Shown in pieces: positions 23,320-24,000 of a stretch of DNA of 24,000 bases; position 1 is the first letter of the stretch; each line of letters starts with the position of its first letter. The stretch spans positions 41,975 through 65,974 of the forward strand of contig JBLHXJ010000001.1 in assembly GCA_047629535.1 (NCBI GenBank), in the 5' to 3' direction. The DNA comes from Arenicella sp. Its GTDB lineage: Bacteria; Pseudomonadota; Gammaproteobacteria; Arenicellales; Arenicellaceae. Under the pieces are notes generated by a model. The model was not told the origin of the DNA. It ran no database searches and saw only the letters and a program-made list of their open reading frames with translations. The position numbers and the translations under genes are program-made.

Positions 23320-24000
23320 CTAGTCCTCACCGTTCAATATGTCGTCGAAGAATTTCAATGATTCGTCAGAACCCAATAGCGAGAGTTTTTGCAGTGCCTC
23401 GCGCTTTAACATTGGGTCGTTTTCGGTCTCTACAATATTGCTTAAGCCAGCACCATCGGCCTGAATAAACAATGACTGTATAACCGCTTTTCGAACCTCA
23501 CTATTATCATTTTGTTGATAGATTTTTGCTAGGTAGGCGGCGGTTGCATCGTTGCCGCTTATGCCCATTTTTTGTACGGCTTCGGTTAGCAATTGTTGGT
23601 CTTCTTCTGAATTAGCAATTTCGAGCAAGGCCTCTGCGCCATCGCCGATAGCCAGTGCATGTAATATCTCACTACGAAAATCTTTAAACTCAGCGTCGCC
23701 ATACATTTCCAGCAACACATCGGCATTGGACATCACCCCAACTAAGTGAATCGCCTGTTTTTTAAGAACTGGGTTTGACTCCAACTTAGCTAATTCAATA
23801 AGCTGCTCACTCTGGCCAGCGACCATGTAACTGTGGAGAATTTTCATTTTAGTTGCTTCATTATCGGACGATCGGTATACACCAATTAGCTGAGTCATTG
23901 ACTGCTCAGAACCTGAAATACCTAATACCCGTATTGCCTCTTCCTGGAGTTGCTTGTTTGTACTATCGCCGGCAAGTGCCGAAATAAAATCAAATGCTTT
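23320..24000 (-). CDS. HEAT-repeat protein (5' end off-window)
   Basis: The frame stays open beyond the ORF-track Met at 23898 to the window edge (..KAFDFISALAGDSTNKQLQEEAIRVLGISGSEQSMTQLIGVY..). The upstream residues continue the same repeat pattern (EEAIRVLGI, KQAIHLVGV, SEILHALAI, TEAVQKMGI, RKAVIQSLF, REALQKLSL). The stop is 4 nt before the next gene's ATG. Confidence 0.75.
   Translation of the reverse strand, partial: KAFDFISALAGDSTNKQLQEEAIRVLGISGSEQSMTQLIGVYRSSDNEATKMKILHSYMVAGQSEQLIELAKLESNPVLKKQAIHLVGVMSNADVLLEMYGDAEFKDFRSEILHALAIGDGAEALLEIANSEEDQQLLTEAVQKMGISGNDATAAYLAKIYQQNDNSEVRKAVIQSLFIQADGAGLSNIVETENDPMLKREALQKLSLLGSDESLKFFDDILNGED

Noticed and set aside
1-24000. Mobile element, prophage or genomic-island boundaries (integrase, transposase, terminal inverted or direct repeats, flanking tRNA)
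   Set aside because: I found none on reading both strands. By eye the central island does not differ obviously in composition from its flanks. A computed GC/k-mer skew would be needed to be sure.

Overview
This 24-kb window looks chromosomal and Gram-negative. By eye it resembles a marine gammaproteobacterium (moderately AT-rich, typical protein families), but I could not run a taxonomic search. I support about 19 protein-coding genes. I found no rRNA, tRNA, CRISPR array, transposase or integrase. LEFT (1-4169): a di-heme cytochrome c peroxidase-family gene is translationally coupled (ATGA overlap) to a membrane sensor-GAF-class III adenylate cyclase, followed by a RIO-type kinase. CENTRE (4184-13309): this is the most unusual part. 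Four apparently soluble polypeptides carry about eight glycosyltransferase (GT) catalytic domains: (1) a beta4GalT/GT7-like + GT2 fusion, (2) a small GT-A protein, (3) a GT32 + FkbM methyltransferase fusion, and (4) a 1292-aa GT4-GT32-PqqD-like-DxH GT-A-GT25 megaenzyme. They surround a gene for an exported protein that has a twin-arginine-like signal and a 62-aa, 44% Thr, Pro/Thr-rich mucin-like tail encoded by near-perfect 15-bp and 36-bp tandem repeats. The window holds no flippase, polymerase, ABC exporter, priming phosphoglycosyltransferase or nucleotide-sugar genes. I therefore propose a dedicated, probably cytoplasmic, mucin-type-like protein O-glycosylation system in which the embedded PqqD/RRE-like domain recognises the substrate. 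This is inference and needs testing. RIGHT (13405-24000): a DUF3429-like membrane protein, a SnoaL/NTF2-like exported protein, a GDYXXLXY + DUF2157/DUF4401-like membrane pair, a CPA1 cation/proton antiporter fused to a cyclic-nucleotide-binding domain, a small secreted protein, a frameshifted alpha/beta-hydrolase remnant, an intact PAF-acetylhydrolase-like alpha/beta hydrolase, and two tandem HEAT-repeat genes (the last runs off the window). All family calls come from motif recognition by eye. No database search was run.
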